A DNA stretch of 64,000 bases from Piedraia hortae CBS 480.64 (taxonomy: Eukaryota). Under the pieces are notes generated by a model. The model made no database searches. It had not been told where the DNA came from and saw only the letters and a program-made list of their open reading frames with translations. The DNA is taken from contig MU006024.1 of NCBI GenBank assembly GCA_010093745.1, positions 1-64,000 of the forward strand, read 5' to 3'. How positions within the stretch are numbered: the stretch's first letter is position 1; every line of letters starts with the position of its first letter. Positions 45,688 to 58,200 of this stretch are shown one piece after another. A program made the translations under genes and the position numbers.

Positions 45688-48591
45688 CTACTCATTCACA
45701 ACCACACACCGCGCCTTGGAGGCAGCATCCGCGCAATCCGCAACAGCTCCCAGCAACGTAACCTTCATCAACGCTTTAACAACCAACGATTCCCTCTTCG
45801 ACGAGACTAGGTCCCTTAGCGTCCGTTCCCAGAACCGCGTCAGCGACTCTAGCGGACAGTCCTCTGGCATGATCTCCAGGATATAATCCACCTCATCGGG
45901 GCCGAAAAAAGTATTGATAACATGGCATGAGATATTATGCCGGAGAGAGCGATCGGGAAGGGCAAGCAGGAGGGATAGCAGATTTCGGAAGAGTTTTTTA
46001 CTCTCTTCGGCTGAGGATTTGGCCTCTTGCAGTGGACGGGAAGATACCCGAGGAGGAAAAGGGGCACGTAGAGCGGAATGGGTTGAGGAAGGGGAAAAAA
46101 TGTCGGGTTTTCCGCTTGAGAGACAGAATCGGATGGCGGTGTCGTAGTCGCCTAGATGTGTGACCAGCAGACGGAGAGCTTCTGTGGCTTTGCCCTGAAT
46201 GGCCAGGATGATGATCCATTCCGGGACGAGAACGGACGAGTATTCTGCTATAGACTCGAATGCGTCCATGGAAGAGGATCTGCTAAGTAGCATGAGGAGG
46301 TTTGTGCGCATCGTCCACCATTCGTTATCGTCGGTTTGCTGTGATGAGATATATTGTAGATATGTTCCCCGTGGTAGGGGCAGGGAGTTGTATACCTCGT
46401 ATGACTCTTCCACAGCCGTCCTGATGTTGTCGTCGTCATGTAACGTTGCAAGAAGCTCTTTGAGGTACAGCGCGACGAGGTCATCAATGTACTTGCTTTC
46501 GTTCCGCTCCAAGACAAGCAGCTCTAGGAACATCTTCTTTGCAATGGGCGTTTCGTCGCCGAGCAATGTCAAGGCATCATCGTGCGAGAACTGCACGCGA
46601 GCCGTCTCGTCTGCGAAAAAGTTCACACTCAATGCAGGATTTCGTTTGGCAAGCCAGACTCCATACTCTTTGACAAGAGCTGCATCACGAATCTTGGCAA
46701 GGTAGCGACGAAGGAAAACTTCGCCAGTATTATCCAGCTCTCCGCCAGAATCGGGGGTACCTTCAATGATGCGCTTCCAGGTTGAAAGAACACGTGCCGG
46801 CATTTTGCAGCTTTGGTACAGCCTGCTGAGGAGGTAAAGCCTTGAGTAGGCTTCAAAAAGCTCTTTTGCACGATCAAAGGCGTCAATGCCTTTATCTATA
46901 AGCTCGTTGAGCTCGGAACGGATGGATCCTGGTTTTGCTGGGCCACGAGGGCTGTCTTGATCCAAGATTAGGAGTACGTGTACCAGCGCTGCATCTACAG
47001 ATTGAGAGACCGAGGCTTCATCCGCAACACTTCCAAAACCCTTCTTGCCACGCCATGCTTGGAGGTAGCGCTTGCAAGGTAGCAGAATGTTTGCGTTGTA
47101 TGTCTCTTTGGGGTATTCAACGATGCTGCGTAGCGAGAAAATTGTTTTGCACAACCCTTCTGGGATCCATATACCCTGTGGACCTTGCACAACCTCCTCC
47201 TCAAGCGGCGTGACGAGAGACAGAACGGTGCGAGGGTCAATAGCACCCGCCATGAGAAGTTCCTCTGCTGCCTTCTTCTGGGCTTCCTGCGCAACTACAT
47301 CTTTACTTGTCTCCAGGAGCAAAACGCCAAACAACAGTAATGAAGCCTTTTGCCGAACATAGGTTAAAGTCAGGAAATCAAGCTCGTTTTGAGCATCCAT
47401 TCGCTGGATGCTGTCGATTGTTTTTTGGATACGCTTGGTGTCTATCTCCAATCCCTTGTCTCGTTGCACAGCGGCATCCAGTTCAGGCTCAAGACTTGAT
47501 ATCGTGGCATAGCGTACTACCCAGGATATTTTGTCTCCATGGTATAGCAGAATTGATGCCTGTGTTCGAGAGAAGCGGGAGACAAACTCGTCTTCCTCCT
47601 TGTTCCGTGCATCTTCAGCGTTGTTGGGCTCATTGGTCAGGTTTAGTCTTCTCCGGCGTAAGCTGCTTGTTACGCCAGGAACAGCGAGACTAGTTGGACT
47701 CGATGCCACGCACAGGCCGACGCCAGTTTCTGCTCCTGCAGCCAGCCACTCCTTTTTGGGTGCTGAAAGGTCCAGATCCCATCGCTGGACTTCAATCTCC
47801 TTGCCTGAGCCGCGATCAACTAGGGCAAGCACAAACCCTCCCTCATCCAGAACCAGTGCCTCTGGGTAGGAGCTGAATTCTATGGATCCTCTGACAACAT
47901 CTCCATCTGTATTTACAAACATGCCCACACCGGGCTCGTTTAATTGCGTGCCAGTGGTCAGTAGGAACTCGGTTGGTGTCGGGCTGACTATGTTTGGAGG
48001 AAGAGAAGAAGAATCGAGAGAAGAAATGGGAAAGAGCTCGCTTTTCCTCTGGTTTGCCAAGTCAATGAGAGAGTAGAGACGGCCATCGGCCAGACAAGCT
48101 AGGTCGCCGCGTCTTTGGATGATTGAGATGCCTCCAAGGTCAATATCGCGGATCTTGCGAGCTTCATAACCAATACGTATTAAGCGCAACCTCTGCCTTA
48201 GACAGATTACTATAGCCGTTCCGGCAGGATCAGAGTCGTCGGTGCTGCACACAAAGAGACAGCTGTTTTGCTGGATCTTGCTGCCAAAGGCGGGACTTAG
48301 TTCTGGGAGGGTGTAGAAGCAGAGGGTGTCATTGCAGAGGATACAGGCCTTGGCCACACGCGGTAGCAGGACTATCTGCCTCACACCGGCCTCTTTGCCT
48401 TCTTGTTTGGTAGCATAAGGCGGTTTGAGCCGAGAGGCGAACATGTAGCCGCCATCGACGGCAACGTAGTGTAGCACTGCCCCGGCTACCGTGCCGACGT
48501 AGACGTTCCCGTTCCAGGCATCTACGCAGGTGATCTCGTCGCCGTCCAGCGGAACGTCGCCAAGTAGCGGTTGGAGGTCAAACGCGGCCAT
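45688..48591 (-). CDS. CNH-domain Vps3/Vam6/TGFBRAP1-like tethering subunit
   Basis: ITCVDAWNGNVYVGT, LCFYTLPELSP, SPTPTEFLLTTG..EPGVGMFVNTDGDVVRG, ALRLLVTHLGDYDTAIRFC. Confidence 0.85.
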   Translation of the reverse strand: MAAFDLQPLLGDVPLDGDEITCVDAWNGNVYVGTVAGAVLHYVAVDGGYMFASRLKPPYATKQEGKEAGVRQIVLLPRVAKACILCNDTLCFYTLPELSPAFGSKIQQNSCLFVCSTDDSDPAGTAIVICLRQRLRLIRIGYEARKIRDIDLGGISIIQRRGDLACLADGRLYSLIDLANQRKSELFPISSLDSSSLPPNIVSPTPTEFLLTTGTQLNEPGVGMFVNTDGDVVRGSIEFSSYPEALVLDEGGFVLALVDRGSGKEIEVQRWDLDLSAPKKEWLAAGAETGVGLCVASSPTSLAVPGVTSSLRRRRLNLTNEPNNAEDARNKEEDEFVSRFSRTQASILLYHGDKISWVVRYATISSLEPELDAAVQRDKGLEIDTKRIQKTIDSIQRMDAQNELDFLTLTYVRQKASLLLFGVLLLETSKDVVAQEAQKKAAEELLMAGAIDPRTVLSLVTPLEEEVVQGPQGIWIPEGLCKTIFSLRSIVEYPKETYNANILLPCKRYLQAWRGKKGFGSVADEASVSQSVDAALVHVLLILDQDSPRGPAKPGSIRSELNELIDKGIDAFDRAKELFEAYSRLYLLSRLYQSCKMPARVLSTWKRIIEGTPDSGGELDNTGEVFLRRYLAKIRDAALVKEYGVWLAKRNPALSVNFFADETARVQFSHDDALTLLGDETPIAKKMFLELLVLERNESKYIDDLVALYLKELLATLHDDDNIRTAVEESYEVYNSLPLPRGTYLQYISSQQTDDNEWWTMRTNLLMLLSRSSSMDAFESIAEYSSVLVPEWIIILAIQGKATEALRLLVTHLGDYDTAIRFCLSSGKPDIFSPSSTHSALRAPFPPRVSSRPLQEAKSSAEESKKLFRNLLSLLLALPDRSLRHNISCHVINTFFGPDEVDYILEIMPEDCPLESLTRFWERTLRDLVSSKRESLVVKALMKVTLLGAVADCADAASKARCVVVNE

Positions 48592-48619
48592 TGCGGCAGC
48601 GGATCTCCGCACTTTGACA

Positions 48620-50539
48620 ATGCAGGCCACGCCCGGCGCCGAGAGCAACTTTCACGCCGCCGTCGCCGCCTGGCGCTCGCTGCAGTTGGGCAAGTTGGTG
48701 CCGTCGCTTGATGCCGTTGCGGCCGATTTAGTGAACCGCTCCAAGGATGCGCTCCTCCAGCGCAAGGAACTCGCGCAAAAGACCAAAGATTTCCGACGAC
48801 TAGATGACGAAGCCAAGCTGGCGGGAGTCAAGGAGCTGCTCAAGGCGTACCAGACGTACATTGACGGCCTCACGGGCCAAAACAAGACCGTTCAGGCCGC
48901 TTTTATGCAGGTCTACGAGCCGCTCTCCGACGCCCCAGACCCCTACCCGCTACTGGACGCATCAGCCGACGCAATAGAAAGGGCAGACCGCGCAGAGGCA
49001 GACAGAGAGCGGCTGCAGCAACGTGTTGCCAAGCTGGATGCACACCTCGAGCAGCGCGAGACGGAACTGGAGAGCGAGCGCAGCAACCGACAGGCGTTGG
49101 AGGCGTCGCAGACAGCCAAAGCAAAGGAGATTGAAGACTCATGGTCGGCAGTGCTCAAGGAAAAGGAAGACAACTGGGCGGCCAAGGAGAAGAGCTTCAC
49201 GGAAAGGGCAGAGAACCAGGAGCGGCTGCTGAAGGAGATCAAGGCCAACTACGAAGTCAGCCAGCGACTGGAGAGAGATGCAAACGATGAAGGCCGCGAC
49301 CGTCACGCCGACCGCGCCGTCCAGGCCGAGCTGGATATCCTCGCCTCGGACCTGGAAAAGGCAAACGTGCGGCTGGTCGAACTGGAGACGCGCAACGAAC
49401 AGCTCCGTTTGGAACTGGCCCAGTCTGCCGGCCACGCTGCCCCGGCCGTGGAAGACGATCCTGCCTTCCTCCGGCTGCGGTCCGAGAACCAGTCACTACG
49501 GCGGAAGCTGGAGTCTGCCGCGGAGAAGAAGAAGGCGGAGAGCAGTAGCATGGAGAACCGGATTCGCACTCTAGAGCGCGAGATCCGCACGTTGGAGGCA
49601 GATCGCACAGCGCTGGAGAACAAGTTAAGCAAATGGAGCAACTACGACGAGATCCGACGCGAGCTGGAGATGTTACGCGACATAGAGAACATAGACGAGG
49701 CAGAAGACACCGACAACCTTGAGCGCTTGCTACTTACGCGCAACAAAAAGCTCAACAACGACTATACGGAATTAAGAGTGTCACACAACGAGCTGCAGCA
49801 GCGGCTGGGCAGTCTGCAGGAGGAGCTCTCGGGCCGCAACATGGAGCTAGAGCAGGCCAGGGAAACCATGGCCAAGCTGGAGTTGGAGGTGGAAAGGTCG
49901 CAGCAGGCGGCCACCGACGCTTTTGAGACCATGTCTGTAGCCCAGTCGAAGTTCCCAAAGTCAGTCTACGGCAGCAGACGGGCGCCGTCGCCAACGTCGT
50001 CCATCATAGGCATCCCGCCGGCCGAGCCTGCACAGAACCCGTCTAGCATCCTGCCCATGGTGACCGCCCAGCGCGACCGCTTCAAGAAGAGGACAGGCGA
50101 GCTGGAACTGGAACTGCAGCGGCAGTATCAGACTGTGTCATCGCTGCGGTCCGAAGTTGCGTCATTGCAGCGAGACAACCTTGACCTGTACGAAAAGACA
50201 CGCTACATGTCCTCCTACCGTGGAGCTACTGCACAAAGCACAGGCTCAGCGGTGAATATGGACAGATACAAGTCAGCCTACGAGCAAAACATCTCCCCCT
50301 TCGCTGCCTTCCGCGGCCGGGAGAGCGCGCGAGCGTTGAAAAGACTCAGTTTCGCCGAAAGAGCCATCTATCAGGCGACGAAAATGGTCCTGGCCACTCG
50401 TACCAGCCGCAACCTTTTTGCTGCATACTGCATAGGCCTGCATTTGATGGTGCTCGCCCTGCTGTATCGCATCGGCTCCGTTGACGTTGAGCGGCACTCA
50501 CCCGATTGGCGGCCCGAGGTGTTACCGAAGCGCCCGTAG
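48620..50539 (+). CDS. COY1: Golgi coiled-coil membrane protein CASP/Coy1
   Basis: RKELAQKTKDFR, LLKAYQTYID, LSDAPDPYPLL, SILPMVTAQRDRFK, DNLDLYEKTRY, ISPFAAFR, and a TM segment with YCIGLH. Confidence 0.93.
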   Translation: MQATPGAESNFHAAVAAWRSLQLGKLVPSLDAVAADLVNRSKDALLQRKELAQKTKDFRRLDDEAKLAGVKELLKAYQTYIDGLTGQNKTVQAAFMQVYEPLSDAPDPYPLLDASADAIERADRAEADRERLQQRVAKLDAHLEQRETELESERSNRQALEASQTAKAKEIEDSWSAVLKEKEDNWAAKEKSFTERAENQERLLKEIKANYEVSQRLERDANDEGRDRHADRAVQAELDILASDLEKANVRLVELETRNEQLRLELAQSAGHAAPAVEDDPAFLRLRSENQSLRRKLESAAEKKKAESSSMENRIRTLEREIRTLEADRTALENKLSKWSNYDEIRRELEMLRDIENIDEAEDTDNLERLLLTRNKKLNNDYTELRVSHNELQQRLGSLQEELSGRNMELEQARETMAKLELEVERSQQAATDAFETMSVAQSKFPKSVYGSRRAPSPTSSIIGIPPAEPAQNPSSILPMVTAQRDRFKKRTGELELELQRQYQTVSSLRSEVASLQRDNLDLYEKTRYMSSYRGATAQSTGSAVNMDRYKSAYEQNISPFAAFRGRESARALKRLSFAERAIYQATKMVLATRTSRNLFAAYCIGLHLMVLALLYRIGSVDVERHSPDWRPEVLPKRP

Positions 50540-50686
50540 ACCCTTGGAATCTATCTTTAGCTCCTAACCGCCCACGTCCAACTTCCACGTCCACGACCAG
50601 GTCTGATGGGTATCCAAAACTCGGTAAGCTCGTTCTAGGCGCTGTTATAAGTATGTTGTATTATCCCAACTTTTCTTTCCAACAAT

Positions 50687-51357
50687 ATGCATTCCCTCCA
50701 AACTCTTTTCCTCCTCGCGACTGCCGCATCCGCTGTTCCCCTCTGGTTCTCAGAGCAATCATCATGTGACATCTCTTCGGCATCTATGCCTTCAGGTACA
50801 TATTGCGCCCTTCCTGAAAACCCACACCTCCTAACGCCCACCCAGGCGCCATCCTTCCCCCTCCAAGCGGGACACTCTACCACGTTGCCCTCGGCGTAGG
50901 CAGCCAAAACTACACCTGTTCCAGCATCGGCTCTGAGCCCACATCCGTCGGGGCCGTAGCAACACTCTACAACGTATCCTGCATGGCGGGTAACGAGCCG
51001 AGTATACTATCATCTTTACCTTCTCTAGCCGTCAGCTTAAGTGGCTCTTCCCTCTCCACCCTAGCCCTCATGGGCGCAGAACAAAAGTCTGGGAGTCATT
51101 ACTTCCTTGACAAAACCACTCCGTATTTTAATCTTGATAGTGCGGGACACCAGTACGGCGAAGCGGCAATGCACAAGGCCGCGAGCGCAGATGCGCCGGA
51201 TAATACCTACTCCGTGCCGTGGTTGCAGTTGCAGGGCTCGGAGCAGTTTAAGGAGGTGTATAGGGTTAATACCAAGGGGGGTATGCCGGAGCAGTATTGC
51301 GCGGAGGTGGGGAATGTGGAGGTGCCGTATAGTGCGGAGTATTGGATATATGTTTGA
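50687..51357 (+). CDS. Secreted DUF3455-type protein; intron 50796-50845
   Basis: Signal peptide; after splicing LYHVALGVGSQNYTC, GAVATLYNVSC, GSHYF, SVPWLQL, EVYRVNTKGGMP, VPYSAEYW. Confidence 0.88.
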
Positions 51358-52487
51358 TAAGTGGGAGGGTTGATGAGTAGATGATGAGTTAATGAAGGGC
51401 GTATACTGGGTGCGTGGATGGCAGAGGGGGAAAGGAATGCCAAGCATGCTTCCCCACACTGTCAGGTCAAATCTTGACATCTTTCAAACTGTCACATCTT
51501 TTTTTTTTGACACGCCTCAGCTGTCGCAGACAGTAATTCCTATCTCTTATGCCTTGGAAACATCTCAGTTTGCTACGGAGCCACATACATTCCACAAACT
51601 AGCAATAGTGAAAACGCCAATTCTATCAAAGGACCATCCTGAGCGCAAGCTAAAAGTATTGATGATCGTCTACCGAGTTTTCTATGAGATCAGAAAAGTA
51701 CTGCCCCTCCGATCCACCCTTTCAACCCGACAGTCCAAACACCTCAAAATCTACATGACAGACGACAGTATACCCAAACCCTTCTCAGCGAACTCTCGTA
51801 GTATCAACCCGAAGTGATAAAACCAAGTAACCCTTGTCATAACCCACCCACCACCCTCCGAATCAACACCCTCCCCACTTTCTTCCATAGAGCACCCATC
51901 CCTCCTCCCCAGTACGAAAACATTTGTAACCCAAATGACAATGCATCAGGATCCCTGTTCTCGTCGGCAGACCATGGCCTCGTAGCTATGAATCGAGTGA
52001 CGATGCATCATGATCATAGTCCTCATTAACAGGCCATGGGGCAGTCCGTCATCCGTTGCAAGAGCGCTGCCCTGGCTCAGCGTTTACTGGACGTGCCACA
52101 GCATGTTGGACAGGCAAAGGTCCGCTCAGCGCTTCCCTCTTCTTCCCAAGCTGCACAAAGCATGTTCGACAGGCGAAGATCCACTCATCCTTTCCCCCTT
52201 TTCCTGAGCCGCCCGAAATATGTTGGACAGGTGAAGGTAGACATACAGGAAGGCTCTGGCGTACTGCAGCAGAAACCCCACTCCCTTGCGGTAATGATGT
52301 TGAGGTGGCGAAGGATAGACTAGGAAATTTCGAGTACCGCTCTGCAGCCATAACTCAGCGGAAAGGGGCAGGGTTGCCAGCTTTCAGAGTATCGATGCAA
52401 ATTTTTCGGTGGTGAATCCTGTGTAGCATCGTTCGATGGCTTGGGCGAAGTAGTCGTGGGACGCCATTCACCTGCTTCGCAAGACAG

Positions 52488-53652
52488 TCATTGGATGGTC
52501 TCCGTGATGCAAGCTACTTGACTGGTCTTCAAAGTTGCATCCTCTGAAAGACTTTGCGTCCCGGGCACCTGCTTTCCTCGCATATTTGGTATTTCCATAT
52601 TGATTCGATGACGACGTATGGCTATCGGATTCAACTTGGGTGAGAAACTCCGTAGACCATGACTGGGATGGGGATGGGCAGTTAAACGTCCGTGTCCAGA
52701 AAGAGGCTTGACCTTGTTGTTGTTGTTGTTGTTGTTGATAAGGGTCAGAGTAGGCTTAAACGTCCGGTGCTGAGATTCTACGAACACGTCCATTGACTTA
52801 TCTAAGGCTTTCCTCCGCCATCCTGGATAGTTCTTCCCGCAGTCCCGGATCGAGTTTTCTGTCACAAGTCTGAATGCGACAGGCGACTATTTGGGCGTCC
52901 CAGAAGTCAAACATGTTCCTTTTTGATAGACACTTTCAGAGCCACTGTGAAGTTGTCAATGGGGCTTGAGTCGTCAATTGGAACAGTAAATCTTGGGAAT
53001 TGAGAGTTGAACCCACACCCACCATGAGGGTCATCGCTGGGCGTTGGTTCGTCGATTAGGACAGTAAATCCGGAAAATGGATTGATACATATCAAGCGAC
53101 GATTCTGTAATTTCCCGCCGCTCATCTTCAGAACCAGATGTATGGTTTCGCGCATAGACTTCTTCAACTTATCGCTCCACTTTGGGATGTGAATCCATTC
53201 CTCTGCATCCTTATTGAAGTGTTGGACAAGCAGTTGTGGTTCTTGGATCTCCTCGGTTTGCCATGATAGAGGGCCAACTGTCAAATGGCTTTCCAAGTGG
53301 ATCGAGCGGGAGCAGGCTGGTTGGGATTTCTCGTTCGAGATGTGGAATCCAATTCTCCTCGTCCTTGTCCAGTGGTTGGTTGACTCTCTACCCCGATCTG
53401 GTTCTTGGATGTCCTCAGTTTGTCGCGATTGGAAGGGACATGTCGAGTGAGGTTCCAAGTGGATCAGGCGAGTGCATGCTGGTCAACCCTGTAGCAAACA
53501 CTCTCGTAAAAGACGCCAAGTCGATGATTGAGGCGAATTCGACGAGGACAAATCTGATCTGCCACATTGTGAAGAAACCCGAAGACAAAAGCACCTTCGA
53601 CTGCTGAGGCAGGATCTAATGAAACCCACTTGGAAACAACCCGAGTTTTCAT
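52488..53652 (-). pseudogene. Degraded gene with a 162-bp internal duplication and a ubiquitin-like C-terminal motif
   Basis: TIHLVLKMSGG; 53239-53330 resembles 53401-53490; stops and frameshifts. Confidence 0.35.
52714..52737 (+). repeat. (TTG)8 microsatellite
   Basis: Direct reading. Confidence 0.85.
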
Positions 53653-55234
53653 GGTTGCGAAGGTGGATTTTGAAGGTTCATTTTGGCAGTTTGAGCTTCA
53701 GGAACCCCTGTTGTTGAGAAGTATCATCGCCATACCTCGACCTTATAACAAAGATCATAGAAAGAAAAATCCTGTATAGCAAAATACTCAAAGAGCATAA
53801 TAAAGAGGACAGTGGGGTGCGGCAATGGAGTGGTATTTGAAACTGTTTGAACAAAGATGCTACGTGTATAAAAGCTCGCTGCTGAACATCAGAAAAGGTA
53901 ATTTTGTAAAAACTCGATCTTCAGAACGATTACGCTACGCAACAGCAATCTTCCAACTCCTTGATTAGGCCAAATTTTGTTTTTTTCAACGGCCAAAAGA
54001 GAATGAATGGCATGTGTGGTGGTCCAGAGGCTGCATTGGATTGGCATTGCAGACCTTCAAGTTTGTTGTCGACATGCTTTGTCAAAAGTTTGAGGATACA
54101 ATCTTTTTCTGTTGCTTTGAAGCGATAAGATTTGTATTTTGTATGAAGCGGCTAAGATGTACAGCGTCTTTCAAGGTAGAAGGCATTCTGTCCACGGTTA
54201 ACTGAAGGTTCGTAGGCAGCAGTGAAGTCGTCATCCACCACTCAGGTCCCCTTGTTTGTAAAATAGCCTTTGACCCAAATCAAGTGTCCATCCCGTGGGA
54301 TCAAAAGGCATCCGCAACTGGCCGAAGAAAGCAACGGCAGGTGCACGAGAACTGCGGGAGGGCAATGTCGTTCTGGAGGCGTTTTCTATTCTTGCTAGAG
54401 GCTTTCGACCCATCGAATCTCTGATGAGGTCCGTTGACTCCAAGTCTACAAGTCTTGAAGTGTAGTGCAAGTAGATGTAGATGGACATGGAATGTGAAAG
54501 TAAAGACGGTGCACACAAAGATAAATGTTGTGCACTGCAGAGTGTGAAATTGGCGACTACAGTATTAATCCAAAAGCCGACGACCCACCAAGGAGGCTTG
54601 GTGCTCCACTCAGTAGAGTCATCTTTGCTGGTAGTGTTACCCAATGTACCAGATAATATGTGGGTCCTCTTTCCCGTTATGGGTTGACATCTCCAACGAT
54701 TGGACAGTCAGTGGTACATAACCCCACTCATCGACGAATACAGTTTTTGTTATTCCGCTCGTCAAAGATTCCAGTGCACCTCACGAAAATATCACGACGG
54801 AATTGACCCCCGCTCAACCAATGTTCTCCCCATTTAGTGTTGACAGCTGAAAGATGATTGGACGGTCCACTTCTCAAAGATGAATCGGTCAGTTGGCGCT
54901 GCGCATCGCTGAACCCCCCAAATCTTCCACACACACACAGCGGAACTCCCCCGCCACTCAACCCATATTATCTCCACCTTGTGCTGCCAACTAAAAGACG
55001 GTTGAACACTCACCCCCTCAAACATGAACCCACTGGTGGAACGCAACCCCTCAACATCACTGAACCCCAATTATCTAACTGCGGAATTTCCCGCGCCACA
55101 CCCCAAACCCCAGAAATTCACACCCAACCCACAGTCATATATAACTTCTACCATATACTTTTGACATTCATAGCCTCTCGTTACAACCCAATCCCATCAA
55201 ACCAATCATAAACTCATCCGTCCCCATCCACCTC

Positions 55235-58200
55235 CTACCTCCCCTCCTGCTCTTCATCATCACTTTCCACTCCCGGATTCGCAACCCTCAACCCACCCAA
55301 AGGCCTCGTATCCCCCAGCGACGCGAAGCCTGTATTTCCATGCAGCAGACCCATTCCATAGTCCTTATCATCTACCGGCGAGCTGGCGCCGGGGTACTCC
55401 CTGCTGAATTCTCGATTGTAGGGGCCGTAGGGCGTGTAGGGAACATACTCCTTTGATGTTTCGAGGGCGGGGGGGACAGAGGGGGGTGGAGGTGGAGGGT
55501 GGATTGGTTGGGAGGGGAGTTCAGCTGGTAGGGGAGGAGCTGTGGGAATATGTGAGGAGGGATCAGGGGGTGCCATGCCTGGTGGTAAAGGCCCAGCTAC
55601 GCCTGGTAGAGGTCCGCCTTCCCCTGGTAAAGACCCTCCCATACCAGGTAGATAGCCTCCCGCACGCGGAAGAGCTACACCAGATGGCAACGTCCCCGCA
55701 TCAGCAGGCAACGGACCCGCACCCTCCGGGGCATACCCATCTTCATGCCCATACGTCCCGGAGGGAACATACGTCGCAGAAATCTCATACGCGTCTGCAT
55801 GCTCCGGAACCATCCCGGGGAGGGTCTCATAACTCTGCTCGACCCTTGGTGGGGTATCCAGCGAATTATAATGATGATGCTCTTCAATCGTAGTCTCCTG
55901 AACATCACCCAACCCGCGAAGCGAAGGCGCACCTCTCCGACTTATGCGTGTATTAGATGATTGCGTACTCGCCCTCCTCTCGATCCCTTCGATGGCCGGA
56001 AGACCAGAAAGCACAGCCTCGCTATCCGGATCCCTGATTGAGAATTGCGCTAGAGTGCGCATCTTACGACTAACCCAACTCGCGAGGATTTTGCCTCGTT
56101 GTTTCTCACCGAGACGGGAACGGGGAAAGTCTCCTAGCGCTACAAAGGCGACGATGTCAAGGACGAGTTGGTGGGCGTCTAAAACGGCGTTGACGAGGAC
56201 AGGGACGAGGGAGGCGAGGTACGCTTTTGTGCGTACTTCTGCGATGAGGACGAGAAGGCTACCCGCTTGAAGAACCGCGCAGCCACCTCGGGCGACGCGT
56301 GAGTGGGCCGCTTCGACGGTTGTTTCGACATCGATGGCAAAGTGTTGGAGGCCGTTGATTTCAAAGGTTTCGCCAATGGCGCCAAGGACGAAGAGGACTT
56401 GCATGTCGACCATAGCGCCGCCGGGGCCAATGGGGCGGGAGACGGAGTGGAGGAACCCTAGGTCGCCGGTGCGGACGTAGCGGACCCCAGGATCGCCGTC
56501 GACGGTGCGGCCGTTGAAGCGCTCAGAGTCGAAGGCGTCTTGGCTGCCGTAGAAGGCTACTGCGTTCGCGGCACTTTGGACCCAGATTTCCCCGTATTCG
56601 CCGACGAGGCAGAGGCGGTTTGTTTCGGGGTTGACAATGGATATTTGGGTGGATACGGGTACCATGCCTGAGTCTTGGACCATGAGGCTGAACGGTTCTT
56701 GGTCGGGGTCGACGGGGAGGATTAAGCCTCGTCGTAGGGCAATAGGATCTAGGTAGAGCTCAATGGGTTCGATGCACATGTAGCTCCGGCTGGCGATCAT
56801 TGGATTGAGAACATGAGAATAAATGGTGTTGATGGCGGTTTTTTCCAGCCCAATGGGGCCAAAGGCGTTGCGTACGCGTACAAAGAGATCGCTTCGAGGT
56901 CGTGCTTCGGTGGAGAGCATGAGGTTTTTGACTTCGTGAAGGATAACAGGAGGTCTACAAGCCCCGTTGGCTATGGCGTGTTCGAGCATTTGGGGAGTTG
57001 CATAGGTATCTTTGATCTTGTACCGATTCAGCGTCTGGAAGAGGATAGAAGGGTTCTGGGCAAAGTCGACGGGGCTGACAAGGTATGTAGGGCAGGCCAA
57101 GAAGATGCCCATGAGGCAGGTATGGAGGAAGCCAAGGCCCATGGTGCTGCGCACACAGCCGAGCACTGGCCGAGTGCTGGTCATCTGGCAAGTTTCTTTC
57201 TGAACCTTGCAGAGTGCCATGAGGGTGTTATGGCCCAGCTGAATGGCTATTCGCCGTTGATCGGGTGTCCAATAAGTCCAAATAACAACCGGATAGCCAG
57301 GTTGAATCCAAGCAGGTCGTATGGTAAGGCCCAGGTCTCGACAGCCATGACTCTGCTTTGGCGGCTTTGCAGTGTTGTAGACTGGGGGGATGGTCAACTT
57401 CAAAATCAGGGCAGACTGCTTCAGATGCTGCGAAACAGACTTCCCCTTGAGCAACTGCTCCACGTCCGAGTTGACAATGATTGCTTTTATCTTAAAATCA
57501 GAAATCATGTGCAACAAGGCCGGGGCGTCCTCGCTAAGACGGTTACTGTCGATGGGGCCCATGGGTATGGCAATGGCCCCTAGACACATGCAAGCGTGCA
57601 CGGCGAAGACGAAGTCTTCCGAGTGCGTGTACATGAGCAGAACATGATCGCCTTGGCCTATACGCACTTTGTTGCGCAGGTACAAGGCCACACCGGCGAC
57701 TTTGAGATCAAATTTCTTCCAATTCACCCCCTTTCCCTCTCTGCCTCGCCCATCAATAGTGCAGTAACTGAGCTCTTCAGGCTGGCGGCTAACCCTCCAC
57801 TGCATCAGGTCATGAATGTTGCTAAACTGGTTCAACGGGGTCGACGTGCGATCGTCAATGACAACCTCACGATGATCAACACCCGAATATTGCTTGTCAG
57901 CGTGCAATGCAAGCATATCCTGTCTTGCCTGACTGGCCATTTGACTCCATACTCCGCCCGCAGGATCATCTCCAAGCGGCAGATTCTGCACCGCCCTCTC
58001 CACCCCAAACTTGACATGCACACACGGTAAGTTTCCATTATCAAAGTCTTTTCGACACAACATGTTTCCGATCTCCCTCCGTCCATTTTTCACAACGCGA
58101 GGCAATGTATTCGGGGCCGTCATCATGACGCAGTAGACTCGCAGATGATGCTCCTGATATAGTATCTCCATGACCCTTTCACTGAGTGAGTCTAAGAATG

